DNA from: Malacoraja senta
Taxonomy: Eukaryota
Direction: 5' to 3'
DNA length: 64,000 nucleotides
NCBI GenBank assembly: GCA_038087875.1
Contig: JAXLNO010002555.1
Coordinates: 1-64,000, forward strand
Of this stretch, positions 39,606-53,000 are shown in pieces. The notes beneath the pieces were generated by a model. It saw only the letters and a program-made list of their open reading frames with translations, was not told the origin of the DNA and made no database searches. How positions within the stretch are numbered: position 1 is the stretch's first letter; each line of letters opens with the position of its first letter. A program made the position numbers and the translations under genes.

Positions 39606-40777
39606 AGTCTAGTTATTGACATGTTATTGATGTTCATGATTATTCTGTTCTTTGTGCCTGGCCATTTTGACTTTGTCACATTTTACTTGGTTTATGATAT
39701 TGTACAAGATTTGCAATCACACCACCCAATTGACTAAAATTATCCCAATTAACTAAATGCCTACTATGGCATTTAAATTATTGCATTATATTCAGTGCAG
39801 GGTAGAAGCTGCAGTTTTTAAAAGGGCAAGTTTTTATTACATACTATGTGGTGTGTGCCTGGAAAGCACTGCCAGGGATGGTGGCGTCTGGGGTGCACCT
39901 TCGTGGGTGCATGGAGATGCAGGGGTTTGAGGGACATGAATCATTTGCAGGCAGATGCTGCCTAACTGGTGTCTGTCCGACTGATCTGGAGGGATCTGAT
40001 GGTCAGGCAGGGAATATTTCCAGTGACCCAATGGTGCTGAGTTCGCTGAATTTTACGGTGAATGGGAATGCCCCTGTAATAGAGGAACAGGTCCTTTGTC
40101 CAACAACGTTTGTGCTGAACATGACGCAACCTGAGGCAGAGTGGCGCTGCTGATAGAGCTGCTGCCTCAGTGCGTCATACACATCAGTTCAATCCTAACC
40201 TCGCTTGTCGGCTGTGTGAAGTTTGCATGTATTCCCTATGACCGCATGGGTTTCCACTGTCCTCCAGTTTTCACACACATACTAAAGATGCCAGGTTTAT
40301 GGGTTAATTGGTCTCTGTAATTTGACCCTAGTGTGGAAGCGAAAGTTAGATAACATAGAACTTGTGTGAACGAAACTATTTGAAGGAGTATTGAGTTTTT
40401 TGTTTAGTTTAGAGAGAGAGCATTGAAACAGACACTTCGGCCCCACTGAGGCCGCACCAACCAACGATCACCCACATAAGCTAGGAACACAAGTCAATTA
40501 ACCTACAAACCTGCACATCTGTCTTTGGAATGTGGGAGGAAGCTGGAGCACCTGGAGAAAACCTATGCAGTCACAGGGAGAAGGTACAAATTCCGTACAG
40601 ACATCACCCGTGGTCAGGATCAAACCCAGGTGTCTGGCGCTGTGCCTTTATATCTGGAAGGAAGATGTTATGTGGGATGAATCAACAGTTAAAGCGAATA
40701 AACTAGTTGCATCTTTCTGAGTTCTGTTCTCTGCTATGCCATTTCTTTGTTGTCTAATATTTAATTTCCCTCCTCAG

Positions 40778-40818
40778 ATTATCAAAATATTCAACCAAAG
40801 CAGAACGTGCACTGCTAA
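40778..40818 (+). CDS. MHC class I-like heavy chain, candidate cytoplasmic-tail/last exon
   Basis: Branch-like CTAAT at 40754, pyrimidine tract TTAATTTCCCTCCTCAG|. In phase 1 it reads (D)YQNIQPKQNVHC-TAA, followed by ATTAAA (40851) and AATAAA (40870). The linkage to the TM exon is inferred, not transcript-confirmed. Confidence 0.65.
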
Positions 40819-41796
40819 CCAATCGCTGAGTAGAAGATTTCATGGATGTGATTAAAATGCAGGAACTGAAATAAATGGAAAGAGTTAAATTAAGTTTATC
40901 AAACATGACAGAAATTCTCAATAGACTGCCCTGCATTTGTACAAATTAGAGCTATCTAGCAATTTATGTTGATAACAACTGATATGACTGAGGCCTCAAC
41001 TCCTTTACTGTGCTTATTCCACATAAGACACAATTCCCTGGTCTTTTAGAATATATCCATGCATTATCCATCAATTCACCACCACATCATGCCTCTTTAA
41101 TACATTCATAAGGTTAACTCTGTTTCTTGTCAGCTCCAAGGGACACAGAACCAGTGATTTCAGCCATTCATGGTTAGGTAACACTTGCTTATTCCAGAAA
41201 TCTCTTCTAGCTGATATCCAATATTAATATATCCTTTCTTAAATTTGAGGACCAAGCTGTGCACAGTGCTCCTGATATGTCCTTAGCAACATCATGTACC
41301 ATAATTACAATAGTAACCTACCTTTGAATGCTAATCACCTTCTGAGTTGTGTGCTGCATCTACCTGCTGGCTTTTTGTTTTGCACTTTAAGCACTTGAAT
41401 CTCTTGTACTCCACTCATTTGCAATTTCACTCCATTTAGATAATAGCTTCCTTTGAATTGCTCTTACCAGAGTGTGTGAGCACATATTTTCCATTATTAA
41501 ACTCCATTTGCCCTGTTTATGTTCATCTAACAAAGAGTCATAGAGCCATATAGCATGGAAGTAGGTACTTCAGCCTAATGCTCCAAGCTGAACAAGATGC
41601 TACATTTAGGTTAGTCACATTTGCCAGCGTTTGGCCCACATTCCTCTCAACATGTTCTATCCATGTACCTGTCCAAGTGTCTTTTCAATGTTGTTATTCT
41701 GCCTTCGCTGGCAGCTCATTCCATACACCCAGTAACCTCTTAGTAGAAAAGGTTGCCTCTCAGGTTCCTACTAAATCTTCCTCCTCACCTTAAACC

Positions 41797-42436
41797 CAGG
41801 GGTGCAGTGCTGCCGGAGCTCACCTGAGCACCGATCCGGCACCTCTGTTAAAGAAAAAATAAACAGGGTGGAATTTTAACTAGCGGATGTGTGGTCGGGG
41901 TAACCTGATTAAAAGAGGGGTAAGGGGAAGATCCATCACTACTGAGGTTCCCTGTAGGAGGAGGGGAACACTATGATGCAGCAGAGACAGACCATGTGAT
42001 GTGTGCATCGTTTGTGGTTGTGGGCCTGGAGCTGAGCCTGGAACTCTGGTGGGTGGATGAGTGGGTGGGTGTGTAGGTGAATGGGTGTGAGGGTGAGAGT
42101 GTGTGTGTGTGTGTGAAGGCCCAGAGCTGTGGGATAGTCAGGGCGAGTCGGTGTCTTGCCGGCACCTCTGTAAAAATACATGATAACAGTCTTTTTCTTT
42201 ACTTGCTTCATAATTATATTTCATGATAATCAGTGAGTGCAACCGTGCAATATTTTGTCATAATTAAATTAAGTATTATATGTTTTAAAGTACTAGCTAT
42301 ACACTGGGATGTAGTAATAGGCTATAATCTTGTTTGACCCTCTAGGGAAACTAGCTTGCCCCCCCCCCCCCCCAGCAAAATCTGAAATGCCCCTGTTTGA
42401 CAGCTCCGACACCTAAAAAATTAGCATTGAACACTG
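41797..42436. mobile_element. Non-autonomous hAT element (MITE-like, 640 bp) with 8-bp TSD
   Basis: CTTAAACC flanks both sides (41789-41796 and 42437-42444). Imperfect TIRs CAGGGGTGCAGTGCT and (rc) CAGTGTTCAATGCT. Removing the element restores a continuous CR1 fragment (CTCACCTTAAACCTG..GGTTCTTGATT). Confidence 0.8.
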
Positions 42437-43289
42437 CTTAAACCTGTTTTTGCTGGTTCTTGATTACCCTACCCTGGGTAAAATAAATCCTGATCAATCA
42501 CCCTCATGATTTTAGAAAGCTCTCTAAGCACCAATTAAATGGTTTCAATTATAGATAGAGTAAGACTTTGTGGTTATTTCCAACAAGAATTTTAGACTAA
42601 AGAAAGGCCAGTGGAAGTACTTGGTCAAACAGCATCTGTGGAGGCAAATGACATATACCAACATTTCAAGGCAAGGCACTGCATTAGAATTGAAGGAGAG
42701 GATGGGAAGATTCTAACAGTTTGAAGGAGGAATGGGGCAGAGGCTGGTATGTGGCAGGTGGAATAGTAAGATTAAACGAGAACTTACCAAGTTTGAAGTT
42801 TGATCTTTATTTTATGAGGAGTAACGTTGAGGGATTACGTGAAGAAGCCCCGTCCAGCCGCACACGCGTCAATCTTTCAAAGCAGCGGAGTGACAATCAC
42901 AGACGATAATTACTGAAGTATGATAGTAAGATGCATAAAGACTTAGAACTACCAGCTTGATCCTTTTATGAGGGTGGGAGCGGAGGGCACGTAATCCCTC
43001 AACGTTACTCCTCATAAAATAAAGATCAAGCTTCAAACTTGGTAAGTTCTTGTTTAATCTTACTATTTTACTTCGGAGTCACGTGAGTGACTACGTGAAG
43101 ATTTCAAAGCTCTGTGATTTCACACCGTGGATTCAAATCCAGGGGTTCACTGCATCGATTGACTCTATTTGAGTAAGCACAATCAACAATGCATAACCAC
43201 AACATTTGAATGTAATCAGTTAATGGTTTTATTTATTTTAATAAAAGTAACAAAATTAGGCCCATTTATTATAATGGGGGATTTAATAC

Positions 43290-44259
43290 TGTATCCCGCA
43301 CGGCATCACCAAACCCTCTGAGATCTTTAATCTCCTTGTGGTAATACTTGTGAAACATCTGTTCACTTGCCCATCCTGCGGCCGCGAGAATAAGGTCTAT
43401 TGTCTGAATCCCTGGCCGCTGATGTTGATGCCGCCCTGGTGGAATGAGATTTAAATTTATCAGTATCAATACCTGAATATCTCAACACCTGTTTCAACCA
43501 TCGTGAAATTGTTTGTGTTGACACTTTCTTATGAGGCTTTTTATGACTAATAAAAAATTCCAATTCGGCACCTCTTAAAACTTTTGTTGTTTCTATGTAA
43601 CATTTCACATATGTTACTACACACAGTCGTGAATCTGTAGGATATGCTAAAAATTCCAACTTGCATCCTGTGAACCCAGGTCTACTTTGCTTCAGTAAAT
43701 CATAGACATAGAATGTCACGGCATTTTGCCCTACTTTCATTCTATCAATTCTGAGTTTCTGTAATGTGTGAACTCTCTGTGCTGAAACTAATGCCATGAG
43801 CATAACCAATTTCATGGTAATTTTGGATAATGACAGAGTTTCAACTGGATTCCAATTCCTTAGGAACATCAGTACATCTTTTACATTCCAAATTTCTGTA
43901 TACCTGGGTCTGGGAGGATTAGAGTTGAAAATTCCTTTCATAAACCTACAGACCCAAGGATGTGCTCCAATTGGAGTTTGTTCTGATTCACTGCTTAAAT
44001 ATGCAGAGAGTGCACTTCGTGCAGTATTAATTGCACTATAACTTAATTTCAATTCATAGTGTAGAGTTGAAAGAAACTCTATTACATCTGAAATTTCTGC
44101 TGTGTTATATGCAATATTCTTTACTGAACAAAACACCTCCCATTTCTTTATATATGAAATGTACTGCTTCTGGGTACTATTCCTCCAGGCTGCTGTCATA
44201 ACATCCACCGTACGGTCTGATAATCCTTTTCCAAGATATGGCCTTCTTAGAATCTGCAA
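43290..44259 (-). pseudogene. DIRS tyrosine recombinase (one frameshift near the C-terminus)
   Basis: 298-aa ORF with ALVSAQRV (R) and KSHSTRAASTS (HxxR); AAAGW..FHKYY (W, Y) lies in the shifted frame 43269-43469. Confidence 0.9.
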
Positions 44260-44302
44260 ATCAACAAACCAATACGATTATGTAAAGGATGTGATTCATT
44301 AG

Positions 44303-45850
44303 TCACAGGGTGTACAAGCAGTTTAATCTGCTTTGGAATAACCATAAGGGTTTTGGGTTTTTTCCCCCCATTTTTAACACCAGTGGGTACCACACCTGTG
44401 TAGGCCAATCTGGTACTACCAAAATCCCTGAGGCTGAATCTTGTTTAATTTTCTGTATGCATTTGTGGATTAAACAAAATGGTGGAAACGCATACAGAAA
44501 CATACCACCCCAATGTAGCGAGAAAGCATCCACCACTACTGCACCAGGATCAGGTTCCCATGACACATACTTAGGCAACTGGTGGTTCAATCTTGATGCA
44601 AACAGATCAATTTCTGGCATTCCAAATTGTGTGATAATTTGTGTGAATATTTTCCGATTTAACATCCATTCTGTATTATCATTAAATTTATGTGATCTTT
44701 TGTCTGCAATTGTATTAATTTTTACCTGGTAAATATTGCTGACAGCCACATTTTTCTGGCAATACCCCAGGTCCAAATTTCATTTGCCAATTTATCACAT
44801 GATTCTGATTTTATACCACCCATGTGATTTATGTATGCTACAGCTGTAGTATTGTCAACCTGTACCTGAACATGCACATTTCCCATATCAGTGCAATAAG
44901 CTCTAAGGCCGTAAAATGCGCCTAATAGCTCTAGGTAATTGATTCCCAGTTTTTCCAGCAAAGGTACTTCATTCACATTCCACCTACCTCCACAGCTGGA
45001 AAATCATGTTAGTAGCGCCCCAACTCAGCACACTTACATCAGTCTGTCGAGTGACGGAAGGTGTTTCTACCAGAACTTTTCTGGAAGCATTAGAAACATT
45101 GTTAATCCACCATTCTATTTCCGTAATGGATTGAATTGTTAATTTCATGGGCCTATCAAAATGCCCTCTATTCATTTTTAACGCTTGTACCTTAGCTCTC
45201 TGTAAACATTGATAATGCAATGGTCCAAACGTGACCGCTGGAAACCCTGCAATGAATTTGCCTAGCAAGCTTGCCACTTCTCTAATTGAAGATGTGTCCT
45301 CGTTAATGAGTTTTATGCAACCTTCAATTAACTGCAGCTTTTTATCTTTTGGCAAAGTGATTACCATGTGTTCGGAGTTAATTGTGAACCCTAGGTAATC
45401 AATCTTTTTGCTTGGTAACAATTTAGATTTTTGTAGGTGAATAATGAAACCTAATTTCTCAAAATGTATTTGACTGGATACTGACAATTTTGCAGCAGCC
45501 AAAGTGTCCCCTACAATGAGGATATCATCTAAATAAGCCATTAATACATGGCCCTCAGCTCTTAACAGAGCTAAAATTGGTTTGAGCAATTTAGTGAATA
45601 ATCTTGGTGCTGAAATCAGACCATTGGGCAATGCTTTAAATTGCCATAACTGACTCATCCATCTAAATTTCAAATATCTTTGATCATTACCATGCATTGC
45701 CACAGAATAATATGCATTTTGCAGATCTATGCTTGCCTTGTAGCAATTCTTTGTGACTAGCTAAATGGCATTAGTAAATGTTTTCCATTTTGAAATGTTT
45801 CTATTGTACATAAAGGTTAAGATTTGTCAGATCGGAAATGATTCTACGTC
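44303..45850 (-). pseudogene. DIRS pol remnants: RT, RNase H and DNA N6-adenine methyltransferase-like domain
   Basis: FKALPNGLISAPRLFTK and YLDDIL (RT); INYLELLGA..VDNTTAVAYINHMGG (RNase H); IDLFASRLNHQLPKYVSW..DAFSLHW..LYAFPPF (MT). Confidence 0.9.
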
Positions 45851-48800
45851 CACCATCCCTTTTCTAGGAGAATATTCCTAGGAGAATATTTGACACAAAC
45901 TGATGGTGTTGTTCTACTGACATTTATATCATCCTTTTCTGCATAACATTTTTCAATTCTCCTTTGATCTACCCATTCTCTTCCTTTGAAAAAAATCTGT
46001 GACCAGTTTGAATTATGCTGAATTGGAGGATCCAAAAGTGGAGAGAACTCAATTTTGAATCCAACAATGCTACATAGAATAAATGAATCATTTGTTATTG
46101 ATTGCCATTCTTTTAGGAAGAATCGTAACCTTCCCCCTATTTGTGAGTGTGAAACATTTGTTGTGTTTCTTACCAGACCAAGCCCCCTAACCTCGGGGTT
46201 TGCCACCGGCAGTTGTTGTCCCCTTCTAGTAGGCACATTGTAACCTCCACGTATCCTCGGTGCAGCATGTCAACGTGTATACGAGAATGATAGGATTGTT
46301 CCTTCTCCAGCACCACATTTCGCCTGTAGGGATACTGCCTTCTCACCGCTCTGCTCAGCATAGGTGATCCTTTAGTTTCTTTGTTAGATTTTCTCCAAAA
46401 CAGATTTAGGCATTTGTATATTGGATGGTTTGCAGAGCCTGCATACTTAGGATGAATATTTGGTCTTATTGCATTTTTATGAATACAATTTATTTCAAAG
46501 TGCGCACTACACATGAGTGCTACATTTTGTTGTGAATACGATATATAACCTTCATCCAAACCACTGACCCCAGAAATTTCAGCACTTGTGTAATTTCAAT
46601 TCTTGTGAGCGTAAACCACTGCTCAAATTACCCATATCAAGTTTATTCACTGCTGTAACTGCTACAATTTCCCGGGTCTCATATTTTTTTTGTCTCATCC
46701 ATGGTTAATTCCTGGGGCTGATGGGAGAGTAGATAATTTATAGTCATAGCTATTTCCTCTCTCAAAGGTTCCCCTGTTACTCTGGGAACAGCAAAGTTTT
46801 GTGCCAGCCTTGGAACATTTGTGGCTCTGATAATGGGCTCTGGTCCTCATTTAAATCATCATCTAAATTTAAATATTCATTTTTATGTTGGGTAATTTCT
46901 GGCTCCCCTGTTTCAGGTAAGTCTCTGCCAGATTCCCCCTGCGCGGGCTCTCTTGTAGGCCCACGGACAGGCAGCCCTGCTTCAGGTGCTGCTGGCGCTG
47001 GCTCAATTCTAGACCAACGCTTCATTATTTTTACTCTTTATATTTGTCGGTGCTGGCACATTTATCATTGCACGTTTGTGCTGCCTTTAGTTCAGGCATT
47101 TCTAGTACTGGCTCTCCAATAGGCCAACACATAACTTGCCTTTTTTATGGCATTTTGGGCACTGGCTCTCCTGTAGGCCAACCTCTTTAATGTTTCTGCA
47201 CAGGCACTGATGGCTCTCCTGTAGGCCACCCTTGTGCCTGTTCCAAGGCACCTCCTGTGCTATACTTCATTGGCCAACACCGACTTAAATCCTCCTGTGG
47301 GGGTTCTTTACAAATCATCTGCCCCATAAGGAGTTATAATGTTTTTGACCCTTGCGGTGTAATACTCTTTCCTGCCTGAGGAGGGCATACCTCCGGGTCT
47401 GACTCATCCGAGTTTACAGGTCGGGCCGATTTTTGCCTTGCGCCCGCCCGCGGCGGTTTAACGCACATTCGACCACAACTGGAGTTAATGGCTTCGCTGC
47501 CACTGACTCCCCTGACTGACGCCCGCTACCCTTAGGATCTGGGGTTTTACTACAGTGCGTCCCTGGCCGACTCTCCTTCCCATTTCTCCATAATAAACTT
47601 GTGTGGAGCTCCACCAAACAAGTCTAAACGGGAAGGAACCGCTCCTGTAAGTGAAAAGTAACTCACTTACCTTCCGACTTTTGTTTTACTCACCGGCTGG
47701 AGGAGCTCCTGCTCCTCCACACACGGTCATGAACGCTATGCGTCTGATCGATAATGACGCGTGTGCGGCTGGACGGGGCTTCTTCACGTAGTCACTCACG
47801 TGACTCCGAAGTAAAATCAGCTGGGGAGGGGATGATGGGCAGATGGAGCAAAGTTGGTGTATGGGTGGTTGTGGGAGAACAAATGAACACCAGTGGTATG
47901 GATAAGCTGAAATGTGAAAACTTTATATTCATATAAAGTTACCCAGGTGGATTATCAGATATTTTACTTAAAACTTTCTGTGCCCAAGGTTAACGACAGA
48001 TGGGTGAGTGTGTGAGTGGGAAGGGGTATTAAAATACCATACAACAGATCTCAGGATGATCTTTACTTCAAAGGGATGTGCTGTACAAAATGGTTGACAT
48101 CTAAGCTAGTTTCTCCACAGTGTGAGCAATGATTGCAGTATAGAAAGTTGAAAGAGGTGCAAGTGAACCTCTGTCTCATTTGAACAGATTATTCTCCTGT
48201 TGTTCACCTCTACCTCCTCCTCTCCTACCTGTTTCCATCTACCCATTATCCTCTCCCCACCTGGTTCTACGTTTGATCTACCAGCCTCTGTCCTATTCCT
48301 CCCTGATTGCTATATATTGGCAATTCATCCTCTTCCCTCACAGGTCTGGTGCAGGTTCTTGACCCTATTTGTGACATCAACCATTTGTCCCAATAATTTT
48401 GCTTGAGCCATTGAATGCTTTCAGTCTTCTGTTTTTAGTTGCAGATTCCATTAGCTACAGTCATTATTGGATAGAATATATTTTGTTTTAACACTGCATT
48501 TAGTCTGAGACACAGCACCAATAAATGTTGTTACATAACGCTTGGTTATTTGATGTCAAAAGTCTTGATTGTTTGTACTTTGTACATTTCTAATCTAATG
48601 CAAAGAATTTATCATCCATATGAATATAAAATTGTCCACAGTGACTGGTGGCACAGTGATCAAGTTCATTTTATGTGGCTCATTTGGTACAAGTTCTGCT
48701 CTTGAGATTTCACCTAATAATAGTTGCCTGTAGAATGTGTTTGATGAATAGACCATTGCGTATAAGATTTTTGGAAATAGATTGGCATGAAATCCAAGTA

Positions 48801-50059
48801 AACACATTGGATTGCACCCTGTTTTATAGTGGCTTCATGTTGCCAAGTAAAGGCAAGATATATGGAATGTGCAAGATATAATATGAAAGATATAATATGC
48901 AAGGCGCAAAATTAAATTGTTGTTAAGAAAATGTAAGGCCTCCATTTATTTGCAACAGCATCAATCACAGTATTCTTACGTCAAAGTTGATTTTGTATTT
49001 TTTAAAGAATGAATGGGAACAAAATGATCAAAAATGATTGGCAGTCAAAGTAATACAAGGTTGTAGTGGAGACAAGTGTGTAGGAACAGGCCACTCTGCC
49101 TATCCTGCCAATACTGCTGCATATAGTCCACATGACCCTCTTCCCACCTTATGCGATCTGCAACATGGTTGGCAAGTCTATGCTGGATTCTCCAATGTAG
49201 AACCGACTATTCTTTTCTCTTTGTGTTTGCCCAGCCTTCCCCTGAATGCAATTCATTGATCTGGATCCTCATTCTCACCAATATTGGGTGGGAGGGGAGG
49301 AGAGGGAGCATTCTCTGTCGAATTCCCTGCTGGATTTTATGGTGGAAAAGTTTTCACCATAGTGATTCATTTAAAAGCTTTATGTATTTTAATATCTCCC
49401 TTCAGCCACTTCTCAAAGGGGTGGAGGGCAGGGGGTGGACAACTTACCCAGGGACATTTGATGACCGTGTTTTGTTTATTTTATCCAAACATTTTTTAAT
49501 ATAGATTAATATAGTATTTTTTTTTGTATCTTGGGTAAGCACATTGAAATAGCAATGGATGGCGTGTTCAGAAAATTATTTCTGATTTGTCCTCGCTTTG
49601 TGAACACCAAACCAATGTATGCATCTGCAAAAAGGCATTGGCAGCAGGGTCTCAGTTCCTTTTAAGCATCCCAGTTATCATGTTCTTCGATGCAGAGGAA
49701 ATGTGGCCACGATAAATACAAAAATGTTGAAATGCAGAATATAAAAGTAATAGGAATTCAGGCATTTGAGCCTCAACTATTATTCCATGTGATCAATTGT
49801 GACCTAAAATTTATACCTTGATCCTTTTATTTCTCTGATCCTTTGACCATACAAATAACATATAACTCCTTGTATAAATTCAATGATCTGTGTTCAACTG
49901 CTTCCAGTGGTATAACATTCCACACCTTCATCATTCTGTGGGAGAAGTAATTGCTCTTCATCTCAACTTGAAGCCTGATCATCAGATTGTGACCACTGGG
50001 TCCTGAACTGACCGGATTTCCCTCTTGAATATATGTATGCGTACTTTTCTACACATATA

Positions 50060-50090
<31 letters not shown>

Positions 50091-53000
50091 GTGCACATTG
50101 ATTTTGTTTTTCTCTTTCTCGTTTTTCATATTGTTTACCATGTACTATGTTTACATATTCCATTGTGCTGCAGCGAGTAAGAATTTCATTATATTATCTG
50201 GGACATATGACAATAAAATACTCTTGACTCTCTTCAATCTGTACAGACCCATAAGAATGTTGTAGTTGATTTTGAATGGTCCTAATCACAATGTAAATCT
50301 AATCGCCCAAATCGCCCTTCATACATTAGTCCTCCCATCCCTGAAATCTGATGAACCTTCACGGCACTCCCTCCATAACAAGAACATTCTTCTTAAGATC
50401 AGGAGACTAAAACTGCAGATGCCATGGTCTTGGCAAGCACATTTCTCAGAATAACATGATGTATCTTTAGAAAGGGATAAGGAGGAATCTCAAGAGTCAG
50501 AGGGTGGTGAATCACATATTAAGTTCTTGGAGCTCTGGAAAATTATCAATCTTTGATGGGAAGAATGGATAGGGAGGCTGCTCACTTTGCTAGAGGGTTT
50601 GAGAGCGGACAAGGAATTATATGCAACGTGCGTTTGGAATTTCAAGTGTATGGCACGTAGATGTTGTGTAATTGGCTCCATTATGTCCTTAGTGCATTGG
50701 AAAAGGTAAACAGGGTTTTCACCTATGATGACATTTTCTGCTAACTGCACTTTATGGTAAGCAAGTAGGCTGGCTTTGGGAAACAATTAGATGATTGAGG
50801 GCTCACTTAGAATAACTGGGAAATGATGGAGCAGCCTACAAAGATATTTACAGTGTAGCTAAAGGATAAGTTAAACCTTTCTTTTCTCCGAGACATGCAA
50901 GAATAGCTCGGTGCTTGATTTAATGCAGAATCTTTGAAGGACAGTGGCTGGGCCGCAAGATCTCTACACCAGCCATCATAAATAGGAGTCTCCAATGGGC
51001 AGAAGACTGTGAGACTTGATGGTATTTGCCATGGCTTCTATCATTTAACACATTGAGCTGAAAGCCATGAGATTCATTGCTTTTTTAATGCTTTATCTTG
51101 TAATTTGACATAATAAAGATAGTCATTTGTACCCTTGAAATTTTCTTTCACCGTTCATTGATCCAAATCCTATTTATGTTTCATCACAAAGAGAGAATTG
51201 GATAAACTAATTGTGAGCAAAAACATGCAAAACTACAGTCGAAGGGCTGGGGTTGAACAAGTGATTTTCTCCAGTAGAGAGGTGGCATTGGCCTGATAGG
51301 ATGAATGGTCCCCATCAGCACAGTAAACATTTAAATGATCCATTGATTTGTATTCATCATCGTATATCAAATAAACTTAGGGATACGGAAGGAGAAATAT
51401 TTTGGCCTGTTTATATGGTGCAAAATAACCCACCCCAGAACAATAAATAGTAGTGAATTTACACTTAATATTACCTGTCACTGAAGCAGAGTGCAGAGGT
51501 TCTCAAATTCATTTAAGAAATAGTATTAAGGCGACTGTATAGAAAATGGTGGGTATTGCTTGGCAGCAAGATGTGAGTAGTATTGTAGAGTAGTGATGAG
51601 GTGTTTTGATGGCAGTGATCATAATTTAGCATGATTAAAGTAGCAATGTACACTAGGAACGCAGGTTTGCAGCTGAGGTGAAAACATTTCCAAGACTGCA
51701 ACATAATTTAACAGAAATGTAATACAAAATGTAATAAAATAGGGCAATTAAATGGTGACAGTTAACAGATCTCTGGGGATACTAGAAACTGCAGATGTTG
51801 GATCGTTGAGCAAAACTGTTGGAGGAACACAGTGGGTCAGGCCACATCTGTGGGATGGAATGAACCAACGACAATCAGGCTGGAACTCTTGTTCAGACTG
51901 GTGACTTCAAAACGTTGTCAGTCGATTCCCACCACAGATGCTGCCTGACACACTGAATTCTTCATGCACTTTGTTTTTAACACACCAGCTGGAAAGAGTC
52001 CAGAGAAGATTTACAAGGAGACTTGATAGTGGCATTTGAAGTCTTTAGAAAGGCATAGATATGCAGGGAAAGGAGGGATATGGAACATGTGTTGGTGGAG
52101 GAGATTAGTTCAACTTGTCATCACGTTTGGAACAGAAGGTGTGGCCCCAAGGGCCTGTTCCTATGCTGAACTGTTCTGCATGTCACTGAGTCTATGTTCA
52201 GGGAGGGTGAGGTTGAGAAGGCTCTGATTTCAATAGAAAATAGGTGCAGGAGTAGGCCATTCGATCCTTCGAGCCAGCACCGCCATTCAATGTGATCATG
52301 GCTGATCATCCCCAATCAGTACCCCGTTCCTGCCTTCTCCCCATATCCCCTGACTCCGCTATTTTTAAGAGCCCTATCTAGCTCTCTCTTGAAAGCATCC
52401 ACTGCCCTCTGAGGCAGAGAATTTCACAGACTCACCACTCTCTGTGAGAAAAAGTGTTTCCTCGTCTCCGTTCTAAATGGCTTACTCCTTATTCTTAAAC
52501 TGTGGTCCCTGGTTCTGGAAATGTGGCCCCTGGTTCTGGATTTCATTCCTTAGAGTGCAAAAGGATGGGGTGATCTGAAAGAGGTTTACAAAATTATGTG
52601 AGCAATCAATCAGGTAAATGCGCATGAGTTTTTTGCCCACAATAGGGGACTCGAGAACCAGAGAATATATATTTACGGTGAGAGGTGGGTGAGTGTGGAG
52701 ATTTAATAGGAACCTGGGGATAACATTTTTACACAAAGAGTGGTGGGTATATGGAACGAGCTGCCAGAGGAGGAGGTTGAGACCGGTACTATCATAACAA
52801 TAAATAGACAATTGGACAGGTACATGCATAGGATAGGTTTAGAGGGTTATGAGCCAAGCGTGGGGAGTTGGGACTAATGTAGATGGGGCATGCTGTGCCG
52901 AAAAGCCCGTTTCGACGCAGTCTTACTAGGGGCAATTTACAGGGGGCAATTAACCGATAAACCTGCACGAGTTTGGAATGTGGGTGGAGACCAGCGCCCG

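Larger units (their letters stand above)
42762..47817 (-). mobile_element. DIRS1-type retrotransposon, copy B (5056 bp, different subfamily from copy A)
   Basis: Inverted termini 42762-42870 and 47757-47817, ICR 42988-43101, AAT core at both ends and no TSD. Contains gag, RT, RNase H, MT and YR remnants. Confidence 0.95.
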
